This document shows positions 40,725 to 49,953 of a DNA stretch of 64,000 nucleotides, piece after piece. The translations under genes were made by a program, and so were the position numbers. The DNA is from an archaeon. Its GTDB lineage: Archaea > Methanobacteriota_B > Thermococci > Methanofastidiosales > NM3. Below the pieces are notes generated by a model. That model saw nothing but the letters and a program-made list of their open reading frames with translations. It was not told where the DNA came from and made no database searches. Position 1 is the stretch's first letter; every line of letters begins with the position of its first letter. The stretch is taken from the NCBI GenBank assembly GCA_004212155.1, contig RXIG01000028.1, positions 32,812 to 96,811 on the forward strand, in the 5' to 3' direction.

Positions 40725-41576
40725 CTAATACTTGTGCAACACGCCCTTTTTCTTGGCCTTGCCCTCCATACGCATGTAGAATTGGTAGCCAAGGGGGATG
40801 GCGATGAATATGTATGCAAGCAGGATGGCAATGCTTTCTGACTGCACCAGCAGCGACTCGCCCCGTATCACCAAATTCCGCGATGCGATGACCGCTTGTG
40901 TCATCGGCAATGCCCGCGATACTGCCTGGAGTGCCTCTGGAAGGACGGCAAGAGGGTAGGCCATCGGTACGATGAGCGAGAAGAGACCATCGACGAAGTG
41001 GAGCAGCGTGTGGGATTCCTTGTAGACGAGTACCATGCCAGCAAGTATCAGGCCGAAACCAAACATTGCAAAGAAGAGCATGATGATGACAAGTATCATC
41101 TCGGGAAACCTTGTCCATACGAACTGTATGTTGAGCACGAGCACGCCGAGGAGGAGCAGCCCGACGATGTAGAATGACGCCCAAATCGACGAGGCCATCA
41201 GCTTTCCCATGAAGAAGATGAACTTGCTGACAGGGCATGCGTATATCGACTCGAACGTTCCCCGGTACGACTCGAGCCTGATGGCAAACGACATCAGCCA
41301 CAGCATTGTGAAGCTGATCGTCGTCACGATCGTGCCGACGATGACGAAGGTGGGCATGTGCGAGATGCCTGTCAACGATTCGAGTGTCTGGGAGTCGGCG
41401 CCGCCGAGAAGCGCGCGTCCGAAGATGAGAAACGGTGCCACCCATACGAGCGGGCCAAAGAATCGTGAGACGATGCGAAGCGGATAGCGGAAGTTCGATA
41501 TGAGAAGCTCATGCTTTGCTATGGACAAGAGTGCGGTGAACGCCTCGACCCGTGTCGTTTGCCTAATGGGTTGCAA
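40725..41576 (-). CDS. ABC-2 type exporter permease
   Basis: ESYRGTFE..P, YPLAVLP..PMT; TTG start after GGAGG. Confidence 0.85.
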   Translation of the reverse strand: MQPIRQTTRVEAFTALLSIAKHELLISNFRYPLRIVSRFFGPLVWVAPFLIFGRALLGGADSQTLESLTGISHMPTFVIVGTIVTTISFTMLWLMSFAIRLESYRGTFESIYACPVSKFIFFMGKLMASSIWASFYIVGLLLLGVLVLNIQFVWTRFPEMILVIIMLFFAMFGFGLILAGMVLVYKESHTLLHFVDGLFSLIVPMAYPLAVLPEALQAVSRALPMTQAVIASRNLVIRGESLLVQSESIAILLAYIFIAIPLGYQFYMRMEGKAKKKGVLHKY

Positions 41577-42414
41577 TCTCTCCCCTCCTTCGTGCCCTTC
41601 GTTCTGCATAGGTGAACACGATGCTTCCAACGACAAGGAAGGCAGTGTCAAACACCACCAGTATGGCGGCATTGTGCGCAAGCGATGCGGTGTCGATAAT
41701 GCCGACATATCCCCTGATGGCCGATAGCGCATAGGTGAGCGGTACGAACAAGGCCACGATGGCAATGGGCGCGGGCATGGCGGCAAGCGGGTAGGAGACG
41801 GGGCTCACCATGCGCAGCGTTGTGTTGATGAGGTTCGTGAAGTCCTCCATCTCCTTGAAGAGCAGCACGATGCCTGTGAACAAAAATCCCATCCCATAGA
41901 GTGAGAAGAGGAGGAGGGCGGTGACGAGCACGATGATTGCCATCTCCGGCTTCACGAGGTTGACGGGCAGGATGATGGTCGAGAAGAGCAGCTGCATGAA
42001 CGCGATATAGATGGAAAAGAGGCCGTCAAAGAGGGCGATGCCAAAAAAGATCGTATATTTGGAGACAGGGGCTACCCATATCGATTCGAGGGTGCCCATC
42101 ATCTGTTCACGTCTGATGGCGTTGCCGATGCCCCATATGGCCGTAGATACGAAGATGAAGACGGCTGAGCCGATGATGATGAAGGCGAGGTAATCATTCG
42201 TTCCCGCATACTCTGCGAACGCCTCGCTCGTGGTGCCTCCGACAAGCGCCATCCCCTGGAAGTAGAGTGTGAGTATCGAAAGGAACGGCATCAACAGCAT
42301 GAAGAGCACGCGCGAGGGATAGCGCCTCCACATCTTGTACTCCTTTTTGATGACGGAGCGCGTGACCGACAGTTCCCGTGCCAATCGTGCCGTACCTGTC
42401 AACATGTTCATCAC
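41563..42414 (-). CDS. ABC-2 type exporter permease
   Basis: REQMMGTLE..P, YPLAAMP..PLTY. Confidence 0.85.
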   Translation of the reverse strand: MMNMLTGTARLARELSVTRSVIKKEYKMWRRYPSRVLFMLLMPFLSILTLYFQGMALVGGTTSEAFAEYAGTNDYLAFIIIGSAVFIFVSTAIWGIGNAIRREQMMGTLESIWVAPVSKYTIFFGIALFDGLFSIYIAFMQLLFSTIILPVNLVKPEMAIIVLVTALLLFSLYGMGFLFTGIVLLFKEMEDFTNLINTTLRMVSPVSYPLAAMPAPIAIVALFVPLTYALSAIRGYVGIIDTASLAHNAAILVVFDTAFLVVGSIVFTYAERRARRRGEIATH

Positions 42415-43421
42415 TCCAGGACGCTTCCCGTCAATTTGATGAAGACATCCTCGAGCGTAGGTGTTGAGGAGGAAAATGAATGGATCTGTACCCGTTCATC
42501 CGTGATGATGCCGATGACGTCTTGCATGCATGCGCTCGCGGAATCGGTAAAGATCTTGAGCACGACATCGTTGTCGTGCGAGAAGCGCTCCACTGACGAC
42601 ACTTCCTCGAATTGAGATATTTTCTTGAGCATGTCCTCGGTGGTGTGGGACACCGAGAGCGTAAGGATGTCTTTTTCATCGATCGAGCGCTTTAGGTTCT
42701 TGGGCGTGTCAAGTGCTGCTATCCTGCCTTCGTTGATGAATGCTATCCTGTCGCAAAGCTGGTCTGCCTCCTCCATATAGTGGGTGGTAAGCAGGATCGT
42801 CTTCTTCTTCGATCTGTTGATCTCCTTTTTGATCATCTCGCGGAACTGTCCAGAAAACGACGGGTCGAGCCCGATTGTCGGCTCATCGAGGAATAGTATT
42901 GGCGGATCGTTGAGGAGCGCCCGGGCAAGTGCGACCTTTTGCTTATTGCCGGAGGAGAGATTCTCCACGAGGTCGTCGGACTGTTCCCCGAGGTCAAGCA
43001 GCGTCAAGAGGTCTTCAACCCGATCCGTGATATCGGCCCTGGGGAGGAGGTAGAGCGATGCGAAGTACGTAAGGTTCTCCCGGGGCGTAAGCTTCCAGTA
43101 GAGTTGCCGTTCGCTTGAGAGCGTGAGCCCGATGCTCATACGCACCTCGAAGGGATTTTTCAGTATGTCCCATCCGTTGACATGGGCCGTTCCCCTGTCG
43201 GGGAGGAGGAGTGTGGAGAGGATCTTGATGAAGCTCGTCTTGCCAGCGCCGTTGGGGCCAAGGAGCCCGAAGAGCTCATGTTCCCCGATCTCAAGGTCTA
43301 TATCATCCACTGCCGTGATGGTGCGCCGGTCCTTCTTGCGCAAAGCATTGAGAAGTCCACCTCTATGATCGAACGTCTTTGTCAGGTGGGTTGTGCCGAT
43401 GGCCACGTCATTTGAATGCAC
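42411..43421 (-). CDS. ABC exporter ATP-binding protein (DrrA-like)
   Basis: GPNGAGKT, LSSG, LDEPT, TTHYMEEA, TLEDVF. Confidence 0.92.
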   Translation of the reverse strand: MHSNDVAIGTTHLTKTFDHRGGLLNALRKKDRRTITAVDDIDLEIGEHELFGLLGPNGAGKTSFIKILSTLLLPDRGTAHVNGWDILKNPFEVRMSIGLTLSSERQLYWKLTPRENLTYFASLYLLPRADITDRVEDLLTLLDLGEQSDDLVENLSSGNKQKVALARALLNDPPILFLDEPTIGLDPSFSGQFREMIKKEINRSKKKTILLTTHYMEEADQLCDRIAFINEGRIAALDTPKNLKRSIDEKDILTLSVSHTTEDMLKKISQFEEVSSVERFSHDNDVVLKIFTDSASACMQDVIGIITDERVQIHSFSSSTPTLEDVFIKLTGSVLE

Positions 43422-43491
43422 ATTTCCACAAAGCTAGGAGCGTATATAAGCTTTTTTATATAACATATATGAATATATTTTTATATTTTTA

Positions 43492-43647
43492 TTATATTAC
43501 TTCCTCTCCTGCGACCTTTTTCATATACTGCACGAGCAGGCATTCAAAGTCCCACTCCCTGCTGCGCTGATGGTAACGGTGGCCGCGGTAGAACATGCAT
43601 TCGCCTTTCTTGCACTCATCCTTTATCAATGGACAAAAGTCTCCCAT
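43492..43647 (-). CDS. 51-aa 4-Cys micro-protein
   Basis: Manual translation MGDFCPLIKDECKKGECMFYRGHRYHQRSREWDFECLLVQYMKKVAGEEVI; GTGA upstream. Confidence 0.7.
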   Translation of the reverse strand: MGDFCPLIKDECKKGECMFYRGHRYHQRSREWDFECLLVQYMKKVAGEEVI

Positions 43648-43770
43648 GATATCACACATGACGGTATGAACGCAGTCTTATAATTGTTGCCCCGTTCTTC
43701 ATTTTCGCACCAATGGGGGCATGAAAAGAGATTTATAATATATGCGTGCTAATACGTACAAGGTGATCCG

Positions 43771-44346
43771 ATCACTGATAACAAGCTCTCCAAATACCAT
43801 AAGAAGAGGAACTTCTCCCAAACGAAGGAACCAGAGGGCTCCACCAAATCCTCTGATAAATGGATCTTTGTCGTGCAAAAGCATGATGCACGCAACCTCC
43901 ACTATGACATCCGGCTCTCGATAGGCGGCACGCTTAAGTCGTGGGCCGTTCCCAAGGGACCTTCCCGCGACCCGTCGGTCAAGCGCCTGGCAATCCCCAC
44001 CGAGGACCATCCTATCGACTATGCCTCGTTCGAAGGCACGATACCCGAGGGAGAGTATGGCGCGGGCACTGTCATCATATGGGACAAGGGCACCTTCGAG
44101 AATGCAAGCGAGGACGATGATGGGAACGAAGTACCTCTTGACAAGGCCTATGAAAAAGGCCACCTCGTTGTCAATCTCGAAGGCGAGAAGCTAAAGGGCG
44201 GATTCGCTTTCATCAATACCGGGTCCCGTTGGCTCTTGGTCAAGGTCGATGATGCCCACGCGGTAAAGGACGATTCCCTTCTCGACGACGAGCCCGCCTC
44301 GGTCGTGAGCGGCAAGACGATCGGGGAACTGGAACGTGGTGAGTGA
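43771..44346 (+). CDS. LigD-type 3'-phosphoesterase (stand-alone PE domain)
   Basis: LSKYHKKRNF..EP, FVVQKHDAR.LHYD.RL, SWAVPKGP, EDHP..Y..FEG.IP.G.YGAG.V.IWD; apparent ATC start. Confidence 0.9.
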   Translation: MTDNKLSKYHKKRNFSQTKEPEGSTKSSDKWIFVVQKHDARNLHYDIRLSIGGTLKSWAVPKGPSRDPSVKRLAIPTEDHPIDYASFEGTIPEGEYGAGTVIIWDKGTFENASEDDDGNEVPLDKAYEKGHLVVNLEGEKLKGGFAFINTGSRWLLVKVDDAHAVKDDSLLDDEPASVVSGKTIGELERGE

Positions 44347-45350
44347 TGCATCCTGTCTTCGATGTGCTCAAGAAAGACGAACGCGACCAACTGCGGTCCC
44401 GGACGGACCAACGATTCGAGTCACCCATGCTTGCTACGCTTACCCATGATTTCTTCTCCGACAAAAACTGGATCTACGAGCGCAAGCTCGATGGGGAACG
44501 CTGCATCGCAAAAAACGATGGCTCGCCTGTCAAGCTCCTTTCACGCAATCACAAGGATATAACCGTAAGCTACCCGGAGGTGCGTGACGCCCTCTCACGA
44601 CAGGGGGCACCTTCTTTTTTGGTCGATGGGGAGATCGTGGCCTTTGAAGATGGCGTCTCAAGCTTTTCCGCTCTCCAGAGCCGTATGCACGTCAAGGATG
44701 AAGATGAGGCGCGACAAACGGGCATACGCGTGTTCTACTACATCTTCGACGTATTGTACGTCGATGGGTACGATGTCACGCAGATAGCGCTCAGGTCACG
44801 AAAATCCCTTCTTAGAAAGCTGTTCATGTATGAATCTCCCCTTCGGTACACACAGCATCGAAACGAGGATGGCATCGCATACTATCACGAGGCATGTGCA
44901 AAGGGGTGGGAAGGCATCATCGCAAAAGACGCCCGCAGTGCCTATGTCCAGACCCGTTCGAGGAAATGGCTCAAGTTCAAGTGCATACACCAGCAGGAGT
45001 TCGTCATCGGGGGATACACCGAACCCGGCGGCAAGCGCACGGGATTCGGTGCGCTGCTCTTAGGATATTACAACGAAGACGAGTTGCGATACGCCGGAAA
45101 GGTGGGAACGGGATTTGACGAGAAGCTGTTGGCAACGCTTGGCTCAACGCTTTTGTCACTTGAACGTTCGCGATCTCCCTTCTCCGACGAGGTCGATGAA
45201 CGTGGCGTGCACTGGGTCGAGCCAACGCTCGTGGCAGAGGTTGGGTTCACGGAATGGACCAGTCATGGAAAACTGCGCCATCCGCGATTCCTTGGATTGA
45301 GGAGGGACAAGCCCGCTCACGACGTCATTCGCGAAGAGGGGGGCACATGA
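44343..45350 (+). CDS. ligD: LigD-type ATP-dependent DNA ligase
   Basis: YERKLDGER, DGEIV, FD, EGIIAK, WLKFK, GKVGTGF, LRHPRF.GLR.DK. Confidence 0.92.
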   Translation: MMHPVFDVLKKDERDQLRSRTDQRFESPMLATLTHDFFSDKNWIYERKLDGERCIAKNDGSPVKLLSRNHKDITVSYPEVRDALSRQGAPSFLVDGEIVAFEDGVSSFSALQSRMHVKDEDEARQTGIRVFYYIFDVLYVDGYDVTQIALRSRKSLLRKLFMYESPLRYTQHRNEDGIAYYHEACAKGWEGIIAKDARSAYVQTRSRKWLKFKCIHQQEFVIGGYTEPGGKRTGFGALLLGYYNEDELRYAGKVGTGFDEKLLATLGSTLLSLERSRSPFSDEVDERGVHWVEPTLVAEVGFTEWTSHGKLRHPRFLGLRRDKPAHDVIREEGGT

Positions 45351-46276
45351 TGGGCACGATACGCATGGGACCGTACACTATCGAGACCTCGCATGAGGAC
45401 AAGGTGATTTACCCCGATATCGGTGCGACCAAGGGGGAGGTCATTGACTACTACCGTTCCATCGCGGACACGATGATACCACACATGCGCGAGCGGCCGC
45501 TCACAATGCACCGATTTCCTGAAGGCATCAAGGGCGAGGATTTCTACCAAAAGGAGGCGCCGGATCATTTCCCCGACTGGATAGACCGGGTCGAGATACC
45601 GAAGCGTGAAGGCGGCTCGAACATACAGGTCATATGCTCTAACGCAGCAACGCTTGTGTATGTGGCCAATCAAGGTTCCATCACCAACCACGTCTGGCTG
45701 AGCCGCATGGAAAGGCTTGAATATCCTGACAAGCTCGTATTTGACCTCGACCCGCCCTCGCGATCAGGGCAGCGGGCCGTGCGAGCGGCCGCACTGGCCC
45801 TCAGGGAGCTTCTCACATCCCTTGACATGTATCCTTTCGTCATGACAACGGGCTCCCGGGGCATGCACGTTGTCGTACCGCTGCGAAGGGAGCACGACTT
45901 TGATCATGTCAGGGAGTTCTCACTCCAGGTTGCCAAGGCAGTCGTCAACGACCATCCCGCGGAGTTTACCATCGAGCACAGAAAGGAAAAGCGCAAGGGC
46001 CGGCTCTTCCTCGATTACCTGCGCAATGCATACGCGCAGACATCCGTGGCCCCCTACTCGCTTCGCGCAAGAAAGGGCGCGCCCGTTGCCGCGCCCGTAC
46101 ACTGGTACGAGGTCGAGGATGGCAGCGTTGGCCCGCAAACGTTTTCCATCGACACGATCCTTGCACGCGTCGAGGAGGAAGGGGACCCATGGAATGGCTT
46201 CGGTCGTCATGCCCGTTCCATGAACAAAGCACGGAAAAAGGTCGCCTCAAAGCTCGACGAGACACGGGGTGAATGA
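45347..46276 (+). CDS. LigD-type primase-polymerase (PolDom)
   Basis: RFPEG..FYQK, VFDLDP, TTGSRGMHV, DYLRN..QTSVAPYSLRA. Confidence 0.92.
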   Translation: MMGTIRMGPYTIETSHEDKVIYPDIGATKGEVIDYYRSIADTMIPHMRERPLTMHRFPEGIKGEDFYQKEAPDHFPDWIDRVEIPKREGGSNIQVICSNAATLVYVANQGSITNHVWLSRMERLEYPDKLVFDLDPPSRSGQRAVRAAALALRELLTSLDMYPFVMTTGSRGMHVVVPLRREHDFDHVREFSLQVAKAVVNDHPAEFTIEHRKEKRKGRLFLDYLRNAYAQTSVAPYSLRARKGAPVAAPVHWYEVEDGSVGPQTFSIDTILARVEEEGDPWNGFGRHARSMNKARKKVASKLDETRGE

Positions 46277-46279
46277 AGC

Positions 46280-46645
46280 ATGGCACACCAAGACCCCCCA
46301 TCCGGCGAACTGAGAGGAACGATCATCGAGGCGTTGTGCGGAGCGGCGCTTGGCATCGTTGCCCCTCGGGTCGTGATGCATGCGTATTCGCGCCTCATGC
46401 ACCATTTCTCGCATTGGGACGTTGTTTCCTTTTTCTCGCTGGACGCATGGGAATTGTCTGTAAACTACTTGTTCTTGCCAGTGCTTCTCGCAGCGACAGG
46501 TCTTGTTGCCGTATTCATGGCTCGCGGGGCAGGATTCGGAAGAACGTATCATGTTGCGTTTGTCGCGGCGTTTGTCATCACTGGATGGGAATTGCTCTAT
46601 GCGCTGTTTGTCGTGCTCAGCCTGTCGATAAAATATGCGCTGTAA
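46280..46645 (+). CDS. Small membrane protein
   Basis: Three hydrophobic segments; GGTGA upstream; starts 3 nt after the PolDom stop. Confidence 0.65.
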   Translation: MAHQDPPSGELRGTIIEALCGAALGIVAPRVVMHAYSRLMHHFSHWDVVSFFSLDAWELSVNYLFLPVLLAATGLVAVFMARGAGFGRTYHVAFVAAFVITGWELLYALFVVLSLSIKYAL

Positions 46646-46649
46646 AAGA

Positions 46650-46764
46650 TGGCGCCGAGGTAGGGATTTGAACCCTAGCTGTGCGAGGCACAATCAGATT
46701 TCCCGTCAGCTTTCCCGGTTAGATCTCGAGTCTGACGCGTTTGACCTGGCTCTGCCACCTCGGC
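46650..46764 (-). tRNA. tRNA-Ser(CGA) with a 25-nt intron (46700-46724), CCA encoded
   Basis: GCCGAGG/CCTCGGC acceptor stem, long variable arm, TCAGA-CTCGAG|intron|A-TCTGA, BHB helix CTCG/CGGG. Confidence 0.93.
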
Positions 46765-46876
46765 CCAAACGATAGTTTTCCTCATGTTCTTTTAAACCTT
46801 TTGGAAGCACCGGCGCATGCCACGATCGAACATATATTCAGTTATATTTATTAGCGTATCATGCCGAGTGCACACC

Positions 46877-47650
46877 ATGAGCGATGATTATCTTATCAAT
46901 GTGTCAAACATAAAGAAGACATATGGCGATGTCGAAGCCTTGCGGGATGTTTCGATTAGCGTACGAAAGGGTGAGACATTCGGGCTCCTGGGCCCAAACG
47001 GAGCAGGGAAGACAACACTTGTCCGCATCCTCTGCGGAGTTCTCACCGCCACGGCTGGACAGGGCACCGTCGATGGCAACGACATATATCGTCAGCGCGA
47101 GGCCATCAAGCTGGTCACCGGCCTTCTCCCTGAAAATCCCGGAACGTACGAGGACCTCACCGCAAGCGAGTTTCTCGCGTTCGTCGGAGAGCTCTATGGA
47201 CTTGGAAAGGACAAGATTATCCAACGAACAGACGATCTGTTGCGCCTGTTCGACCTCGACCATCGAAAGAACGACCTTATCTCGGGGTTCTCTTCGGGCA
47301 TGAGGCAAAAGGTCATGCTGGCCTCAACGCTTATACACAATCCGCCTATAATATTCCTCGATGAGCCGACGTCCGCGCTCGACCCGACCGTGGCCCGCAC
47401 GGTCAAGGATATCATCCTCTCGCTCTCGAAGGAGGCGCACCGAACGATCGTCGTCTCAACGCATCAGCTCCCGCTCGCGCAGGAGGTCTGCGACAGGATC
47501 GCCATCCTCAATGAGGGAGAGATACTCGCCATCGGCTCACCCAAGGAGCTTATGGAACAATCGGGCACATCATCGCTTGAGGATGCGTTCTTCACGATAA
47601 CGGGCCTTGAGCGAAAGGATGTGGAGATACTTCTTGAATGGGGTATGTAG
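46877..47650 (+). CDS. ABC transporter ATP-binding protein
   Basis: GPNGAGKT, FSSGMRQK, LDEPT, STH. Confidence 0.92.
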   Translation: MSDDYLINVSNIKKTYGDVEALRDVSISVRKGETFGLLGPNGAGKTTLVRILCGVLTATAGQGTVDGNDIYRQREAIKLVTGLLPENPGTYEDLTASEFLAFVGELYGLGKDKIIQRTDDLLRLFDLDHRKNDLISGFSSGMRQKVMLASTLIHNPPIIFLDEPTSALDPTVARTVKDIILSLSKEAHRTIVVSTHQLPLAQEVCDRIAILNEGEILAIGSPKELMEQSGTSSLEDAFFTITGLERKDVEILLEWGM

Positions 47651-49237
47651 ATGACCGGCTGGATAACGATTGGCAAGTACTCGATGCGCCTCAATCTGGG
47701 ACGGCTCTACCGGCAACGGCGCATCTTCGTCCCGATCCTTGCAGTGGTCTACCTTGCATTTGCCGCTGGATTCAAGGTATTCCTCGATACGAATCCTGAC
47801 AACGTCATCGTGGATTTTTTGTCCAACGAGGTGCTCTTTGCGACGCTGATGGACCTCTTGCTGCTCTACTTGTTCATCTACCTGGTGATCATCCATGTCT
47901 TTACAGGGATACGCAAACAGGACAAATCAAGTATTGAGTTGCTTCTTTCGACCCCCATAAGCTCACAGGACATCGTTCTCGGTGAGACGGTGGCAATGCT
48001 TCCCACATACCTCATCATCCTGCCGTTCGTCCTCATCCCGTTGGCACTCATAGGATACGTCAGTGCGGGCGTTGGCATTGTCGGCGTTTTGCTCATCATC
48101 CTCTCGCAACTGTTACTCTTCGTCGTTGCCATCGGCATTGGTGCCATCATCCTTGCACTCATCCAATCGAGCATCCAGCGCATGAAGGCGAGCAAGTACT
48201 TCAGACTCCTCGCTTCACTGCTCGGCGCAGGCATCTACATCTCGATATACTCACTGAACTCATGGCTCGATACGGCAAGCTCGATCACCCAAAATCCTGT
48301 CTTTTCATACCTTCCCACCTCGCTATCGAGCAACATCATCTACTCGCAGGTGCTTGGTGTGGGAGTATCGCCCTCACTGTTGGAAAGTTTTGCCTTGCTT
48401 CTACTGTGGATTGTTGTCATCTACCGTGTCGGTATCCGTTTCGCCGGACGGGCATACTCCCTTGAACGCGAACTCTCGCACGGACATGTGGAGATAAAAG
48501 GAGAGAACATCCTCCTCAGGGCGGTACGCCGCGTACTCCCAGGCTCTCAGCGTGAGAAGGTAATCACCCACTTCAAGCTTTTCTTCAGGGACTCGTACAA
48601 CTTCTCCACGAACATATACATCATGATCATAGCCTACTTCATCCCTGCGTTCATCGTTTGGAACTCGCAAAACGATGCCGAGGCGCTACTGCCGCTCTAC
48701 ACCATCGAGATGCTCATCATCCCCGTCTTCGTCTCCATCATGCTGCTTTCTATGTTCTACCTCTCTCGAGATGCTCTGTGGCTCTGGAAGAAGGCGCCAA
48801 ACGGTATCGACAATTTCATCAAGAGCAAGTGGATACAGACGTATATGCTCAGTTTCGTCTTCCTCCCTGTCCCCTTTGTCGCAGGGTTCATCGTTGGCAC
48901 CGACAAGGTACCTGTTTCCCTCATGTTCTCGACGATGGTGTGGCTGCTTCTTGTCAATGCGTTTGCCGTCTCCTATGGCATCTTCGTCAATACGATGAAT
49001 CCCTCGATGACCATCCGTGGCGGCAAGGCAACGATGAACTCGCTTGTCACCACGTTCTCGCTTCTCCTTATCATCATCGGTACGGCGCTCCTTCTTGCGT
49101 TCACCAACATCTTCCCTGAAGACTTTAATATATGGAGACACCTATTAGTAGGCATAGCGTTGGGAGGAGCACTCAATGTGTTGGGATTCTTCTTCCTCTC
49201 CCTAGCTCGTCAGAAGATCAAGACAATACTGGATTGA
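47651..49237 (+). CDS. ABC exporter permease (two-module)
   Basis: About 12 TM helices; ELLLSTPI; abuts the ATPase gene. Confidence 0.75.
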   Translation: MTGWITIGKYSMRLNLGRLYRQRRIFVPILAVVYLAFAAGFKVFLDTNPDNVIVDFLSNEVLFATLMDLLLLYLFIYLVIIHVFTGIRKQDKSSIELLLSTPISSQDIVLGETVAMLPTYLIILPFVLIPLALIGYVSAGVGIVGVLLIILSQLLLFVVAIGIGAIILALIQSSIQRMKASKYFRLLASLLGAGIYISIYSLNSWLDTASSITQNPVFSYLPTSLSSNIIYSQVLGVGVSPSLLESFALLLLWIVVIYRVGIRFAGRAYSLERELSHGHVEIKGENILLRAVRRVLPGSQREKVITHFKLFFRDSYNFSTNIYIMIIAYFIPAFIVWNSQNDAEALLPLYTIEMLIIPVFVSIMLLSMFYLSRDALWLWKKAPNGIDNFIKSKWIQTYMLSFVFLPVPFVAGFIVGTDKVPVSLMFSTMVWLLLVNAFAVSYGIFVNTMNPSMTIRGGKATMNSLVTTFSLLLIIIGTALLLAFTNIFPEDFNIWRHLLVGIALGGALNVLGFFFLSLARQKIKTILD

Positions 49238-49242
49238 TGGCG

Positions 49243-49941
49243 ATGGGTGTCGAACGTTGGTCGAAACAGAAAAAACCGCTTCGCATCATGCGGGTGGAGA
49301 TGGTGTCTATTGATGAGATATTGCCGCACGAACACATCATCGAGGAGGAGATAGAGTCGTTTTGCGCAAGCCTCGAACGCAAGGGTGTCTTCTTCAGACC
49401 AATACTGCTTGACAAAAAGACCCACGTGGTGCTCGATGGACATCACAGGGTAGAGGGCCTTCGCCGACTCGGCGCAAAGAGCATCCCGGCGGTCCTCATC
49501 GATTACGCCAACGACGATGAGATGGAAGTTCACACTTGGTATCCGATCGTGTGGGAGGACCGCGACAAGGTGGTCTCCGTCCTTGAGGGAGACGCCAAGG
49601 TCGAGCATATGGGGGAAAGCGAGGCCCTGACCACTGTGAACGACGGCTCGGCCACGTTTTGCACACTTCCTCCCCGTGATGGCGACGTCATTGTCATCAC
49701 GGGCGTGCACGAGACGCTGCTTGAGCGCCTCATGGAGGCGTTTTCCGTCGAATACTGTGATACGGCCGATATGGCCAACCAAATCGGGGACAAAGGTGTC
49801 TTGCTCTACCGCAGGGACCCGACAAAGGAAGAAGTGATACGTCATGCCAAGGAGGGCGACCTCTTGCCCCCAAAGACGACTCGCCACCACCTCCCCTACC
49901 GGTACCAGGATATCAGGGTGCCGCTTTCAAAACTTTTCTGA
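49243..49941 (+). CDS. serK: ADP-dependent L-serine kinase SerK (ParB/Srx fold)
   Basis: MGVE..PHE..DGHHR..LGAK..DY..TWYP..PKTTRH resembles Thermococcus SerK. Confidence 0.82.
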   Translation: MGVERWSKQKKPLRIMRVEMVSIDEILPHEHIIEEEIESFCASLERKGVFFRPILLDKKTHVVLDGHHRVEGLRRLGAKSIPAVLIDYANDDEMEVHTWYPIVWEDRDKVVSVLEGDAKVEHMGESEALTTVNDGSATFCTLPPRDGDVIVITGVHETLLERLMEAFSVEYCDTADMANQIGDKGVLLYRRDPTKEEVIRHAKEGDLLPPKTTRHHLPYRYQDIRVPLSKLF

Positions 49942-49953
49942 GGTGGAGCTTCC

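Noticed and set aside
40700-46764. Integrated element at tRNA-Ser carrying the LigD genes
   Set aside because: No integrase and no duplicated tRNA 3' end found by eye; coding composition looks like the flanks
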